Shown one piece after another: positions 46,349 through 56,125 of a DNA stretch of 64,000 bases. The notes beneath the pieces were generated by a model. That model was not told the origin of the DNA, did not search any database, and was given only the letters and a program-made list of their open reading frames with translations. A program made the translations under genes and the position numbers. The number at the start of each line of letters is the position of its first letter. Position 1 is the stretch's first letter. Source of the stretch: Candidatus Ghiorseimicrobium undicola (GTDB taxonomy: Bacteria > Omnitrophota > Gorgyraeia > Ghiorseimicrobiales > Ghiorseimicrobiaceae); assembly GCA_002796125.1 (NCBI GenBank), contig PCWA01000075.1, forward strand, positions 10,317 through 74,316. Reading direction: 5' to 3'.

Positions 46349-46374
46349 AAATCCCAAGGATAATCTTGGGATTT
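46349..46374. promoter_or_regulatory. Perfect 10-bp inverted repeat overlapping a possible -35 (terminator or operator)
   Basis: AAATCCCAAG-GATAAT-CTTGGGATTT; - strand TTGACT-N16-TATAAA follows. Confidence 0.4.
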
Positions 46375-46441
46375 ATAATTTAAAGTTTATGTACCGCCGG
46401 CTTGATTTTTTTAAAAAATACGGCTCTCTAAAAAAACAACC

Positions 46442-46795
46442 TTAGCCTTTCAAATATTTGGTAACTATATGTTCTATGTCTTTTATTCTTATTGGCTTTG
46501 ATAAATATTCATCCGCGCCAATTTCCTTTGCGATGAAATAATTAATGGAAGGATCGCCTGTGAATAAAACCGCTTTCGCCTTGAGATTATTTTCTCTTAT
46601 ATATTTAATCAACTCAGAACCTGTAACTTTAGGCATGTTATGGTCCAAAAACACCAAATCATACTTATCTGATTTTATATATTCTAAAGCTTTATTACCG
46701 TCATAAACAACATCTATGTCGTGCCCTTTTAAACTGGCTTTAGCCCGTAAAAGTTCCAATAAACCCTTTGTGTCATCCGCGATAAGAATATTCAT
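46442..46795 (-). CDS. Single-domain response regulator
   Basis: ILIADD, DLVFLDHNMP, T, KP motifs. Confidence 0.9.
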   Translation of the reverse strand: MNILIADDTKGLLELLRAKASLKGHDIDVVYDGNKALEYIKSDKYDLVFLDHNMPKVTGSELIKYIRENNLKAKAVLFTGDPSINYFIAKEIGADEYLSKPIRIKDIEHIVTKYLKG

Positions 46796-46805
46796 ATCCG
46801 CTCTC

Positions 46806-47609
46806 CTAAAATTTTACTCCGGACTTAACGCCTATTTCTATAGAATTATTCTTGGGCTCGTAACCGGTACCGACAATGATTCCGGTATAGCTAACTGCCT
46901 GCTCTTTGGATTTAGCTATATTCCAATAAGTTATAAATGGTTCTATTAAAAAATCCATAGTTTTATCTTTCTTTATAAATTTAAGCGAGCCCCTTAGCCC
47001 ATAGCCGCTATTTTGATCATTCTCCAGATCGCTAAAACCGAGATTTGCATCGCTTAAATGGCTCTTCTGAACACCTTTCCAAAAAATATCATATTCCAGC
47101 ATTGCCCCCCAGGACCAGCCATTTTCCAATTCAGTTATTAATTCAACACCTATAGGACTGTAATAATAGTTTGATTCTCTCTCATAGCCGGCATGGCCTG
47201 TTGAAGTCAAACGCCCTGAAGAATCATCATTTAGATATCTATACCCAAAACCTATATAGGGCACAATGGTTGTTTTATCGGATGAGGAAAAATTACGTCC
47301 CAACAACCCTCTAAATTCCAAAATATAATCATCGATATTATCAAGGGTTCCTGTCGAAGAGGAAGAATAATCCACCTCACCCCAGCTAAATCTAGTTTCG
47401 CCCCTAAGCATGAAATTATCATTATGAGTAAAAGCGCCTATAATGCCATACATCAGGCCTTTTTCTTCCATCACGTCAGGCTCCTCATAAGTAATATGGG
47501 ATATTCCTGCGGTTAGCTCAAGATTATTATCTACCGTATCGCTGCTTGCTAAAACACTATTAAAAAGTAAAAACACAAAACAAAATGCTAAAAATATTTT
47601 CCTTTCCAT
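46806..47609 (-). CDS. Outer-membrane beta-barrel protein
   Basis: Signal peptide, amphipathic aromatic-rich strands, C-terminal Phe; AGGGGG RBS before ATG 47609. Confidence 0.8.
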   Translation of the reverse strand: MERKIFLAFCFVFLLFNSVLASSDTVDNNLELTAGISHITYEEPDVMEEKGLMYGIIGAFTHNDNFMLRGETRFSWGEVDYSSSSTGTLDNIDDYILEFRGLLGRNFSSSDKTTIVPYIGFGYRYLNDDSSGRLTSTGHAGYERESNYYYSPIGVELITELENGWSWGAMLEYDIFWKGVQKSHLSDANLGFSDLENDQNSGYGLRGSLKFIKKDKTMDFLIEPFITYWNIAKSKEQAVSYTGIIVGTGYEPKNNSIEIGVKSGVKF

Positions 47610-47625
47610 AATGACTAGCCCCCTT

Positions 47626-48168
47626 TCACTTTTCAAATATTCTTACCGCCTCGTTCCATTTATTATGAGATTTAAGAATCAGTTCCGTAACTTCCCTTAC
47701 TGCTCCTCTGCCGCCTTGTTTTTTTGTAATATAGGCCGCGCTTTGCTTAACTTCTTCGCATGCACCGGCTACTGCGACGGCAAAACCTACACGCTTTAAA
47801 ACTCCCAAATCAACAAGGTCATCGCCAACAAAACAAACTTCGCTATCATTTAATTTATATTTTTTTAAAATTCTATCCAGCGCTTTTGTCTTCGGGGCGG
47901 CATCGGCATAAATTTCTTCAACACGCATGTCTTTTGCGCGATGTTTTAAAACTGGGGAATCTTTAGCGCTAAGCAATATAGTCCTAATGCCAAACTCTCT
48001 TAAAAGATAAACACCGAGCCCGTCATGAACATCAAAAAATTTTGAATCGCACCCATTAGAATCATAAATAATCCTTCCGTCCGTCAACACCCCGTCAACA
48101 TCCAGAATAAGCAGCTTGATTTTTTTAATTTTTTCTGTTAACTCTAAACTATTAACTCTAAACTGCAT
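47626..48168 (-). CDS. kdsC: KDO 8-phosphate phosphatase
   Basis: DVDGVLTDG, DGLG, GDDLVD, GGRGAVRE. Confidence 0.95.
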   Translation of the reverse strand: MQFRVNSLELTEKIKKIKLLILDVDGVLTDGRIIYDSNGCDSKFFDVHDGLGVYLLREFGIRTILLSAKDSPVLKHRAKDMRVEEIYADAAPKTKALDRILKKYKLNDSEVCFVGDDLVDLGVLKRVGFAVAVAGACEEVKQSAAYITKKQGGRGAVREVTELILKSHNKWNEAVRIFEK

Positions 48169-49124
48169 TATACCAGCCCCGCCTTTAATAAATCCTGCAC
48201 ATCCAGCATGCCTACGGGCCGGTTTTGGTCATCCACTACCGGCAATTCATCTATTTTTTTTTCACGAAGCAGCCTTAAGGCTTCATAAGCAAGTTTTTTA
48301 CTATTAATAACAGTCGGGTGTTTGGTCATCACTCCCTTGACTTTTTTATCCAGCAGGCCCTTGTCATCTTCTATGTGTCTTCTTAAATCTCCATCAGTGA
48401 AAATACCTAAAAGCCTTCCCCTTTTATCTACAACAGCGGCAGCGCCCGCCCGTGCGGCAGTTATAGACAAAAGTGTATCCTTTACGCTGGTATCAACGCC
48501 TACCTTGCAGTTTGCTCTTCCCTTGCGCATAATATCTTCAACGGTAAGCAGTAGCCGCTTACCTAAACTTCCGCCCGGGTGTAAAAAAGCAAAATCATCT
48601 TTTTTGAATCCTTTTTTTTCTACCACGCATACCGAAAGCGCGTCCCCCATCGCAAGCATCGCGGTTGTAGATGATGTAGGCGCCAGGCCCAGAGAACATG
48701 CCTCTTTTTTAACCGAAGTATCCAGAACAGCATCGCTGTATTTAGCAAGAGTTGATCTTATATTTCCGGTTATCGCTATAATTTTCGCCCCTATTCTTTT
48801 GATCTGCGGCAGCAAATCTTTTACTTCCTGCGTTTCCCCGCTATTTGACAAAACTATAACTGTATCATCACGAGTTATCCTGCCTAAATCACCATGAGAA
48901 GCTTCAGCGCTATGCAGCCAAAGGCTGGGTGTGCCCAGAGAAGAAATAGTGGCGGAAATCTTCTGGCCTATTATTCCTCCTTTACCCATGCCCGTTACGA
49001 CTACGCGCCCTTTGCAGCGCGCCAGCAAATCCACGGCTTTTTCAAAATCCTTACTTAAATGTTTACAGAGGCCTTCAATTGCCTCTGCCTCTATCCTTAA
49101 AACTTGTTTTGCGCGCCTTAGCAT
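48168..49124 (-). CDS. kdsD: Arabinose 5-phosphate isomerase
   Basis: GMGKGG, EASHGDLG, APTSSTT, HPGGSLG, CBS pair. Confidence 0.95.
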   Translation of the reverse strand: MLRRAKQVLRIEAEAIEGLCKHLSKDFEKAVDLLARCKGRVVVTGMGKGGIIGQKISATISSLGTPSLWLHSAEASHGDLGRITRDDTVIVLSNSGETQEVKDLLPQIKRIGAKIIAITGNIRSTLAKYSDAVLDTSVKKEACSLGLAPTSSTTAMLAMGDALSVCVVEKKGFKKDDFAFLHPGGSLGKRLLLTVEDIMRKGRANCKVGVDTSVKDTLLSITAARAGAAAVVDKRGRLLGIFTDGDLRRHIEDDKGLLDKKVKGVMTKHPTVINSKKLAYEALRLLREKKIDELPVVDDQNRPVGMLDVQDLLKAGLV

Positions 49125-49948
49125 ATCTTTAAAGCCCTTTCAATCTTTTTAACCTGCTCTAATAATTTCTTTAATGTAGGCAAATTTATTGAGTTTGGCC
49201 CGTCACAAAGAGCCACATCGGGATCATTATGGACTTCTAAAAATAAACCGTCACAGCCAAATGCCGCTGCAGCCCGGGAAAGGCCGAAAACAAATTCTCT
49301 CTGCCCTCCGCTGGATTTTCCCGCCGCCCCCGGTAATTGTACGCTGTGAGTCGCATCATATATCACAGGATAACCAAACTTACGCATAATAGCCAAAGCC
49401 CTCAAATCGGTAACTAAATTATTATATCCGAAAGAGGCTCCGCGCTCAGTAAGAATAATTTTTTTATTTCCCGCCTGTTCTACTTTTTCAATTACGTTTT
49501 TCATATCCCAGGGCGCTAAAAACTGCCCTTTTTTTATATTTACGATCTTTCCTGTTTTTGCCGCAGCCGCTAATAAATCCGTTTGGCGCGATAAAAATGC
49601 CGGTATTTGAATTATATCCAAAACTTCCCTGGCTTTATCGATATCATCCAATGAATGCACATCTGAAAGCACGGCAAGATTAAATTTCTCTTTTATCTTT
49701 GATAAAATACTTAAACCCTTATCTATTCCCGGCCCGCGGAAGGATTTCGCCGAGGACCTGTTTGCTTTGTCAAAACTTGCTTTAAATATAAAAGGGACGC
49801 GCAGGCGGCTGGTAATTTTTTTTATTTGCCCGGCTATTGTCAAAGCCATGCTTTCTGACTCTATTACACATGGCCCGGCGATCAAAACAAGAGGATTCCC
49901 CGCCCCTATCTTTATGTTTTTTAAATTTATCTGCCTGGTTTTTATCAT
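49118..49948 (-). CDS. kdsA: KDO 8-phosphate synthase
   Basis: AGPCVIE, KASFDKANRSS, KKGQF, DATHSVQ, CDGP. Confidence 0.97.
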   Translation of the reverse strand: MIKTRQINLKNIKIGAGNPLVLIAGPCVIESESMALTIAGQIKKITSRLRVPFIFKASFDKANRSSAKSFRGPGIDKGLSILSKIKEKFNLAVLSDVHSLDDIDKAREVLDIIQIPAFLSRQTDLLAAAAKTGKIVNIKKGQFLAPWDMKNVIEKVEQAGNKKIILTERGASFGYNNLVTDLRALAIMRKFGYPVIYDATHSVQLPGAAGKSSGGQREFVFGLSRAAAAFGCDGLFLEVHNDPDVALCDGPNSINLPTLKKLLEQVKKIERALKIC

Positions 49949-50694
49949 TCCTGGGCTCTAATCCTTTCCTTCAGCCTTTCTAGATCTTCAGCGGTATCTA
50001 CCCCGATAGTCTCAAAATTGGTCTCGAGAACTTTTATCTTGTATCCGTTTTCTAAAACCCGCAACTGCTCCAGCTTCTCTATCTTTTCCAATGAAGATGA
50101 AGGCAAATTTTTAAATGTAAACAGAAAATCTTTGGTATAGGCGTAAAGGCCTATATGTTTAAAAAATCCTTTGGGCATCACAGGGCTGTTTTTATCTATC
50201 TCTCTCTCGGGAGAAGGAAGTGGTGAACGGGAAAAATAAAGCGCGAAATCGTCTTTGTCTACAACCACTTTAACTATATTCGGGTCATAAAGCTCCCCAA
50301 TCTCTGTTATTTCTTTACGGAGAGTTGACATCCCGACACTATTATCTTTCAATAACGCCGAGGCAACATCTTCAATCATAGACGGCTGTATAAGCGGCTC
50401 ATCTGCCTGAATATTTACTATAATTTTAGCCTCTATTGGATTAATAACCTCGGCGATCCTGTCTGTACCAGATGTATGCTCTTTAGAAGTAAAGACTACA
50501 TTTGCCCCGAAACTTCTTGCGGCTATTTCAACATTCTCATTATCGCAGGCAATAATCAAATCATCCAAAATTTTTGCCTTTTTGGCTGCCTCATAAACCC
50601 ACTGCAGCATAGGCTTGCCATAAATATCAGCTAAAACCTTGCCTTCGAAACGGCTTGATGAAAAACGCGCCGGTATTACACCAACCACATCCAT
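49945..50694 (-). CDS. kdsB: CMP-KDO synthetase
   Basis: IPARFSSSRFEGK, SGTDR, QADEP, YFSR, EKLEQLR. Confidence 0.97.
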   Translation of the reverse strand: MDVVGVIPARFSSSRFEGKVLADIYGKPMLQWVYEAAKKAKILDDLIIACDNENVEIAARSFGANVVFTSKEHTSGTDRIAEVINPIEAKIIVNIQADEPLIQPSMIEDVASALLKDNSVGMSTLRKEITEIGELYDPNIVKVVVDKDDFALYFSRSPLPSPEREIDKNSPVMPKGFFKHIGLYAYTKDFLFTFKNLPSSSLEKIEKLEQLRVLENGYKIKVLETNFETIGVDTAEDLERLKERIRAQE

Positions 50695-50698
50695 GATA

Positions 50699-51688
50699 TC
50701 ACCTTACCCCTTTTATGCGTTCAAGAAGCTCTTGCGAGGTCACAGTGGCAACCCCTACTTTGCCTACAACGATTCCTGCGGCATAGTTAGCTATATAAGC
50801 CGCATAACGCGGATTTATGCCGCAGGAAAGCCCAAGAGTAAAAGCGGCAATAACGGTATCACCCGCCCCGGAAACATCGAATACATCCTGAGCCATGGTA
50901 GGGATATGAATGATTTTACCATTTTTTTCAAAAAGACGCATGCCGCCTTCACCCAATGTCAAAAGAACACTCTCTGAATTCAGTTCCTTTAAAATTTTTC
51001 TGCCTATTTTATCGATATCCGATTCTGTTTTTGCTTTTAATCCTGAGATTTCCTGGGCTTCTTTAAGGTTTGGCGTAATGGAACTAACGCCCTTATAATA
51101 AGAAAAATGGTCTACTTTAGGATCTACCGTGATAATCTTTTTATGCCTCTTTACCAAAGGAATAAGCCTACTTAAAAGCCTGGAAGTAACAAGCCCCTTG
51201 CCATAATCTTCAATTATTATAGCATCTACTTCTTTTATTTTTTTATTAATAAAAGCAAACATTTGGTCATACATATTATCATCGATAGAATCCAGCCTTT
51301 CCCTGTCAACCCTTACTACCTGCTGATGATGCGCAATAATACGTGTTTTTAATGTTGTCGGCCTTTGGCCATCTACGACTACCCCGTCTAAATTAATGCC
51401 TCTTTTTTCCAGTTCCGCGACTAAAATATCTGCGTTTCTGTCTTTGCCTGTAATGCCGCTTAAATATACTTTAGCGCCCAAAGAAGCAATATTATTTGCT
51501 ACGTTAGAGGCGCCTCCCGGCATAAAAGATTCGGACCTTACCCAGACAACAGGCACGGGAGCCTCAGGAGAAATCCTCTCAACATCTCCCCAAAGAAATT
51601 CATCAAGTATTAAATCGCCGATTACCATAATCTTAAGTTTTTTAAATTTGGCGATTATCCGTTTTATTTTTAAAAAATCTTTTATCAA
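50699..51688 (-). CDS. rfaE1: D-glycero-beta-D-manno-heptose-7-phosphate kinase
   Basis: ERISPEAPVPV, GGASNVA, DYGKG, FDVSGAGDT. Confidence 0.94.
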   Translation of the reverse strand: MIKDFLKIKRIIAKFKKLKIMVIGDLILDEFLWGDVERISPEAPVPVVWVRSESFMPGGASNVANNIASLGAKVYLSGITGKDRNADILVAELEKRGINLDGVVVDGQRPTTLKTRIIAHHQQVVRVDRERLDSIDDNMYDQMFAFINKKIKEVDAIIIEDYGKGLVTSRLLSRLIPLVKRHKKIITVDPKVDHFSYYKGVSSITPNLKEAQEISGLKAKTESDIDKIGRKILKELNSESVLLTLGEGGMRLFEKNGKIIHIPTMAQDVFDVSGAGDTVIAAFTLGLSCGINPRYAAYIANYAAGIVVGKVGVATVTSQELLERIKGVR

Positions 51689-51689
51689 G

Positions 51690-52628
51690 CTATTTTATCC
51701 CTTCTATTATCGCCTGGCACAACAAAGGCAGCATTATTTCATGATGGCCTATTATATAACATCCTTTTGACTTAGGCCCGTGCGGCGGGCGGTTGACCAC
51801 GTTCTGACAAGATCTATATTGATAAACCATGTCGAAATTTGCCACTGTAAAATCGCTAATTCTACGCTTTAGGTTTCTGGCAAGGTTGAGCGCTTTTAAA
51901 AATACTTCCGGCAGCATAACAGCTGAACCAATATTCACCAATACGCCGCCATTATCCAAACCCATGACGATTTCGCTTAATTTATGAAAATCGCGCAAAG
52001 AACATTCTCCTATCGCTTTGCCGTCACAAGAATGATGTTGATGTATTATATCTGTCCCCAAAGCAACATGTACGGTTACAGGAACCTTCAGCTTAAAAGC
52101 ATTATAAAGCAGGCTATAGCGCTTAAAGGGCAGCTTGGTTTGTGCCATTCTCTTGCCTACCGCCTCCCCAATGCCTAATCCGCTTCGCCAGCCATCACTT
52201 ACGGCGTGATTTAAGAAATCGGCGGTTTCTTTACTCATGCCAAAACTTCCGGTACGCAAGGCCTCCGCCACATCTTCTGAAGTCCTGCCGCAATAACTTA
52301 ACTCAAAATCGTGAATAATGCCGGCCCCGTTAAAAGCTAAACATGTAACAACATTTCTTTTTAGAAGGTCTATAATAACAGGATTTAATCCGCACTTAAT
52401 TACATGCGCTCCCATCATGAAAATAACCGGCTTTTTCTTTTTACGGGCGGCGATAATCGCGTTTACCACATATTTAAGGTTTCTTACGGCAAGGATATCC
52501 GGCAGGGAATTATAAAAATTAAGGAAGCTTGAGTTTTTATTGCCCAAACCGGCAAAGTCCTTTAATATAACTTTGCTTTTCCTCTTCCGCAAGGAATATG
52601 TCTTTATTTTTTTCAAATCTATCGCCAT
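51690..52628 (-). CDS. Conserved hypothetical protein with deoxyhypusine-synthase-like fold
   Basis: MGAHVIKCGL, IIHDFE, TSEDV, PVTVHVALGTDIIH, GSAVMLPEVFLKAL, GHHEIMLPLL; fold assignment from family recall. Confidence 0.7.
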   Translation of the reverse strand: MAIDLKKIKTYSLRKRKSKVILKDFAGLGNKNSSFLNFYNSLPDILAVRNLKYVVNAIIAARKKKKPVIFMMGAHVIKCGLNPVIIDLLKRNVVTCLAFNGAGIIHDFELSYCGRTSEDVAEALRTGSFGMSKETADFLNHAVSDGWRSGLGIGEAVGKRMAQTKLPFKRYSLLYNAFKLKVPVTVHVALGTDIIHQHHSCDGKAIGECSLRDFHKLSEIVMGLDNGGVLVNIGSAVMLPEVFLKALNLARNLKRRISDFTVANFDMVYQYRSCQNVVNRPPHGPKSKGCYIIGHHEIMLPLLCQAIIEGIK

Positions 52629-52828
52629 ATATAATGCCTGCGGCTAAATTTCGCTTTCACGGCTCAGCAAGCTCGCTGCCGTAAACAAAATTCAAACCCT
52701 AAGCCTCTTATTGAGCTTTGTACAACTAATGGTAAAAATTCCGGAAACATAAGCGAAATATTGACTACCTTAATGCCATTGGTAAAGCAAAAGTCAATAG
52801 TTAATCCTACTACACTAAACGATGAATT

Positions 52829-53866
52829 TTAACATACTTTTAGTATCCGGTCAACTGCTTGTAATACATCATCAACTTCTATAGACTTAAGGCATAAAAA
52901 ATTATTCTTGCAGTCATGGGCAAGGCAAATAGCGCATCCCACTTTCTTATGCAGAACAATATCTTGACTGCCCAGGGGGCCCCAGCGTTTAGGGCTTATG
53001 CCCGGCTGGCTTCGGCCGAACAAAACGACTACCGGCAAACCGCAGGCTACAGCTATATGCACCGGGCCCGAATCATTGGATATCATAAGCCCGGCTCTCC
53101 TTAAAATACTCACCAGCTGCATCAGGTTAGTTTTGCCCGCCAGGTTTATCGCCGAAGAATTTATCTGCTCAAAAAGTTTCCGGGCTAAAATAATATCGTT
53201 GTTTCCGGAAACTATAACTATTTTTGTATGATATAAACTTATTAAACGGTTGGCCACCTGCGCGAACTTTTCTACCGGCCACATTCGCGACAGGCAGCTG
53301 GCGGAGGGATGTAAAACTATAAACTTATCGTCCTTCTTAATATCATGCCAAGCCAATAAAGCATCAGCCCATTTCTCGGAATTCTCATCTTTAGGTATAT
53401 ATAAAGACACATCTGTAATTTTTGCGCCTATAGCCCTTAAAATGTCTAAATTATATTCTACCTCGTGCTTTTCTCCTTTATATTTGGAATAGGGGATGTT
53501 TTTTGTAAGCAGCAAACCCAGGCGCCTGGAATAACCGGCTCTATATTTTATGCCTGCCAAAAACGCGATGATATTTACCCTATTAGTAGAGTGTAATATC
53601 ACCGCCAGATCAAATCTTTTTTTACGCAAGGCTAAAATAAAGCGCAGGTTATTCACAAACCCTTTTTGTTTGTTTGCCTTATCGTATACGATAACCTCAT
53701 CTAAAAAAGGATTGCCTTCAACCAATTCCCGCGTAAAGGGGCTCACCATCATGGCAATATAGGCAGATGGAAAATTATCGCGAAGCGCTTTTATCACTGG
53801 GGTGGATAAAACCACATCGCCTATTCTGTCGGTGCGTATAATTAATATACGCTTATATTTTTTCAT
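52829..53866 (-). CDS. GT9 heptosyltransferase (WaaF-like)
   Basis: RTDRIGDVVLSTP, HEVEYNL, NDSGPVHIA. Confidence 0.92.
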   Translation of the reverse strand: MKKYKRILIIRTDRIGDVVLSTPVIKALRDNFPSAYIAMMVSPFTRELVEGNPFLDEVIVYDKANKQKGFVNNLRFILALRKKRFDLAVILHSTNRVNIIAFLAGIKYRAGYSRRLGLLLTKNIPYSKYKGEKHEVEYNLDILRAIGAKITDVSLYIPKDENSEKWADALLAWHDIKKDDKFIVLHPSASCLSRMWPVEKFAQVANRLISLYHTKIVIVSGNNDIILARKLFEQINSSAINLAGKTNLMQLVSILRRAGLMISNDSGPVHIAVACGLPVVVLFGRSQPGISPKRWGPLGSQDIVLHKKVGCAICLAHDCKNNFLCLKSIEVDDVLQAVDRILKVC

Positions 53867-54786
53867 GGGTAAATCTTGATTATTTTTCCGAATACTTCCT
53901 CAGCGCTGATAAAATCAATACACTCAGGCGCGCCGGAGGCGCATTCTGCTTTCTGGCACGGCCTACAGCCCAATTCTTTTTTAACTACAACACTTTTTTC
54001 CGACCAGGGGCCGTATTTTTCCGGATCCGTCGGGCCAAATACAGCTATAACCGGCACATTTAAATAGCTGGCAAAATGAAGACAGGCGCTATCACAGGAT
54101 ACAATAAATTTAGCCCCTCCGATTAATCCTGCCAGCTCGTTTAAATCAGTTTTTCCCGCAAGGTCAATAACGGATTTACCTGCCTGATAAGCAATTTCAT
54201 TAGTAATGGCCATGTCATCCCTATCCCCCACCAAAATTACGGTGAAATCATATTGTTTCAATATTTTCTTTATCAATTTTATGAAATGGTCTTCTTTCCA
54301 GCGCTTAGTGCTTCCTTTTGTCCCCGGGGCCATAATAATATAATTACCGTACTTTTCTTGCCCCTGCTTGTTATTTAAAAAAAAGTGCCTGCCTGCGGAA
54401 TTAATATCCGCCGGCCTTAAATAAGATTTGAGCCGGCAGATATGCCTTACCCTCATATGCATAATATTTTTAGAAAAATCAAATAGTTTTGTTGCTGATT
54501 TAGCGAAGAGTAAAAAAGGCAATATCGTATTTTTAAGATCAGCCACCAAATCATATTTTTCATGCATCATGCGTTTGATAAGCATTATTTTTTCTTTTAA
54601 CGGCGCTTTTTTATCGTAAATGAATATTTTTTTAATAAAGGGGGTTTTTCTGAATATTCCTTCTGCCCGGGGACTAGCCAAAACAGAAATATCCGCATCG
54701 GGATATTTATCCAGCAAAATATCCAGAACCGGCAAAGTTAAGACGCAATCACCGATATTGCTTAAAGTAATAAAGAGTATCCTCAT
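53863..54786 (-). CDS. GT9 heptosyltransferase-like
   Basis: SNIGDCVLT, KRW, CDSACLH, FGPT. Confidence 0.9.
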   Translation of the reverse strand: MRILFITLSNIGDCVLTLPVLDILLDKYPDADISVLASPRAEGIFRKTPFIKKIFIYDKKAPLKEKIMLIKRMMHEKYDLVADLKNTILPFLLFAKSATKLFDFSKNIMHMRVRHICRLKSYLRPADINSAGRHFFLNNKQGQEKYGNYIIMAPGTKGSTKRWKEDHFIKLIKKILKQYDFTVILVGDRDDMAITNEIAYQAGKSVIDLAGKTDLNELAGLIGGAKFIVSCDSACLHFASYLNVPVIAVFGPTDPEKYGPWSEKSVVVKKELGCRPCQKAECASGAPECIDFISAEEVFGKIIKIYP

Positions 54787-54802
54787 AAATTATTCGCTGT
54801 TC

Positions 54803-54907
54803 GGTTACGTATCTGGAAACGCCTATCGTTATGCGTATATCGTGATTATTTTTAAAATTTTTTATAACGCAACCTCTTGACTTTCACCGATTCCAGCTAC
54901 ACGAGCC
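54803..54907. mobile_element. Family B TIR element, degenerate copy 3
   Basis: Left GGTTACGTATCTGGAAA followed by CGCCTAT CGTTATG CGTATAT heptamers; degenerate right TTCCAGCTACACGAGCC. Confidence 0.6.
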
Positions 54908-54930
54908 TTCAACCTAATACGATAAACATA

Positions 54931-55974
54931 TTATCTAGTATTTTCCGTGATTATTTCTCTGACTTTCTCAACTACATCATCAACCGTCACTGCTTTCATG
55001 CAGCGCATATCCGAACAGCCTTGTCTGTAACAAGGAATAACGCAATCCAGGTCTTTCTGTAATATATTGGGAGTTTTTACATTATATGGGCCGGTTACCG
55101 ATACCGAAGTCGGGCCGAAAATACCTATCGCCCTGGCCCCTACGCTCAAAGCAAGATGTAAAGGCCCGGAATCACCTGATATGACTATATTCGCTCTTTG
55201 CATTAAAGCGGCCAGCTGCTTAAGATCCATCCTGCCGCAAAGATTAACCAGGTTAAAGCCGGATAAATTAGCGATTTCTTCACCAATTACGCGATCATTT
55301 TGTGAGCCGCTCAGCACGATTTTAGCATCATAGTCGCGCATCAAGACCGAAGCAAGAACGGAAAAATTCTCCCTGGGCCATCTTTTCTGAAGCCAGTTTC
55401 CTCCGGGATTTAACACAATAATAAAGTCGTCTCCTTTTATGCCCTCTTTCTGCAGCATATCATTAACAAAGATTTTGGCTTCTTTGGGAATAAAAAAATC
55501 AATCTCGAAAACAGTATCTTTCTGGTAATGCTCATAATGCTTTACTAAGTACATGTAATAATCCGCTCTATGTATTTTATTGGCATCCGGGGCTTTTATT
55601 GCGGAAGTTAAAAGATAAAATCTTTTTCGCGTGTAATAACCTATCCTCTCGGGTATCCCGGCAACAAATACAATAAGCGCCCTGGTAAAAGAACGATGAA
55701 ATAAAAATACCTTATCGAACTTTTTAATACGCAGGAGCCTTGCGAACTTAAGCTTTGCCAACAGGCTTTTTTGTTTACCTTTATCGTCATAGGTTATTAC
55801 CTCGTCTATAGCCGGATGGCCTTCTATGATCTGCCGGCAACTAGGCGGCACTATACAAGAAATATAAGCATCGGGATATATTCTTTTTAATAGTTTTATG
55901 GCGATAATAGAAAACAAAACGTCCCCCAGCCAGTTGACGTTAAAAACCAAAATCTTTAATTTTTCATTTTTCAT
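54931..55974 (-). CDS. GT9 heptosyltransferase (WaaF-like)
   Basis: NWLGDVLFS, NPGGNWLQKRW, GDSGPLH, FGPT. Confidence 0.92.
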   Translation of the reverse strand: MKNEKLKILVFNVNWLGDVLFSIIAIKLLKRIYPDAYISCIVPPSCRQIIEGHPAIDEVITYDDKGKQKSLLAKLKFARLLRIKKFDKVFLFHRSFTRALIVFVAGIPERIGYYTRKRFYLLTSAIKAPDANKIHRADYYMYLVKHYEHYQKDTVFEIDFFIPKEAKIFVNDMLQKEGIKGDDFIIVLNPGGNWLQKRWPRENFSVLASVLMRDYDAKIVLSGSQNDRVIGEEIANLSGFNLVNLCGRMDLKQLAALMQRANIVISGDSGPLHLALSVGARAIGIFGPTSVSVTGPYNVKTPNILQKDLDCVIPCYRQGCSDMRCMKAVTVDDVVEKVREIITENTR

Positions 55975-56090
55975 CTTTAATTTTCCTAGTACATTGTTAA
56001 ATTAATTCTTGAACAATTGAACAATAGAAAATAGACCGCAATTGAGCTTTTGCTTGTCTATTGTTTTATTATCTATTGCTCAATTGCTCT
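55951..56090. repeat. Heptamer array over a GT9 start codon plus a mirrored 8-mer array (AACAATTG/AACAATAG ... CTATTGCT/CAATTGCT)
   Basis: Directly visible; the heptamers encode MKNEKLKI. Confidence 0.7.
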
Positions 56091-56125
56091 GTACGCTGTC
56101 TAATAAGAATTATATTAACAGCGCA

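Noticed and set aside
41045-47609. tRNA-integrated prophage or genomic island
   Set aside because: No integrase, phage genes or att duplication; the accessory genes lie 5' of the tRNA.
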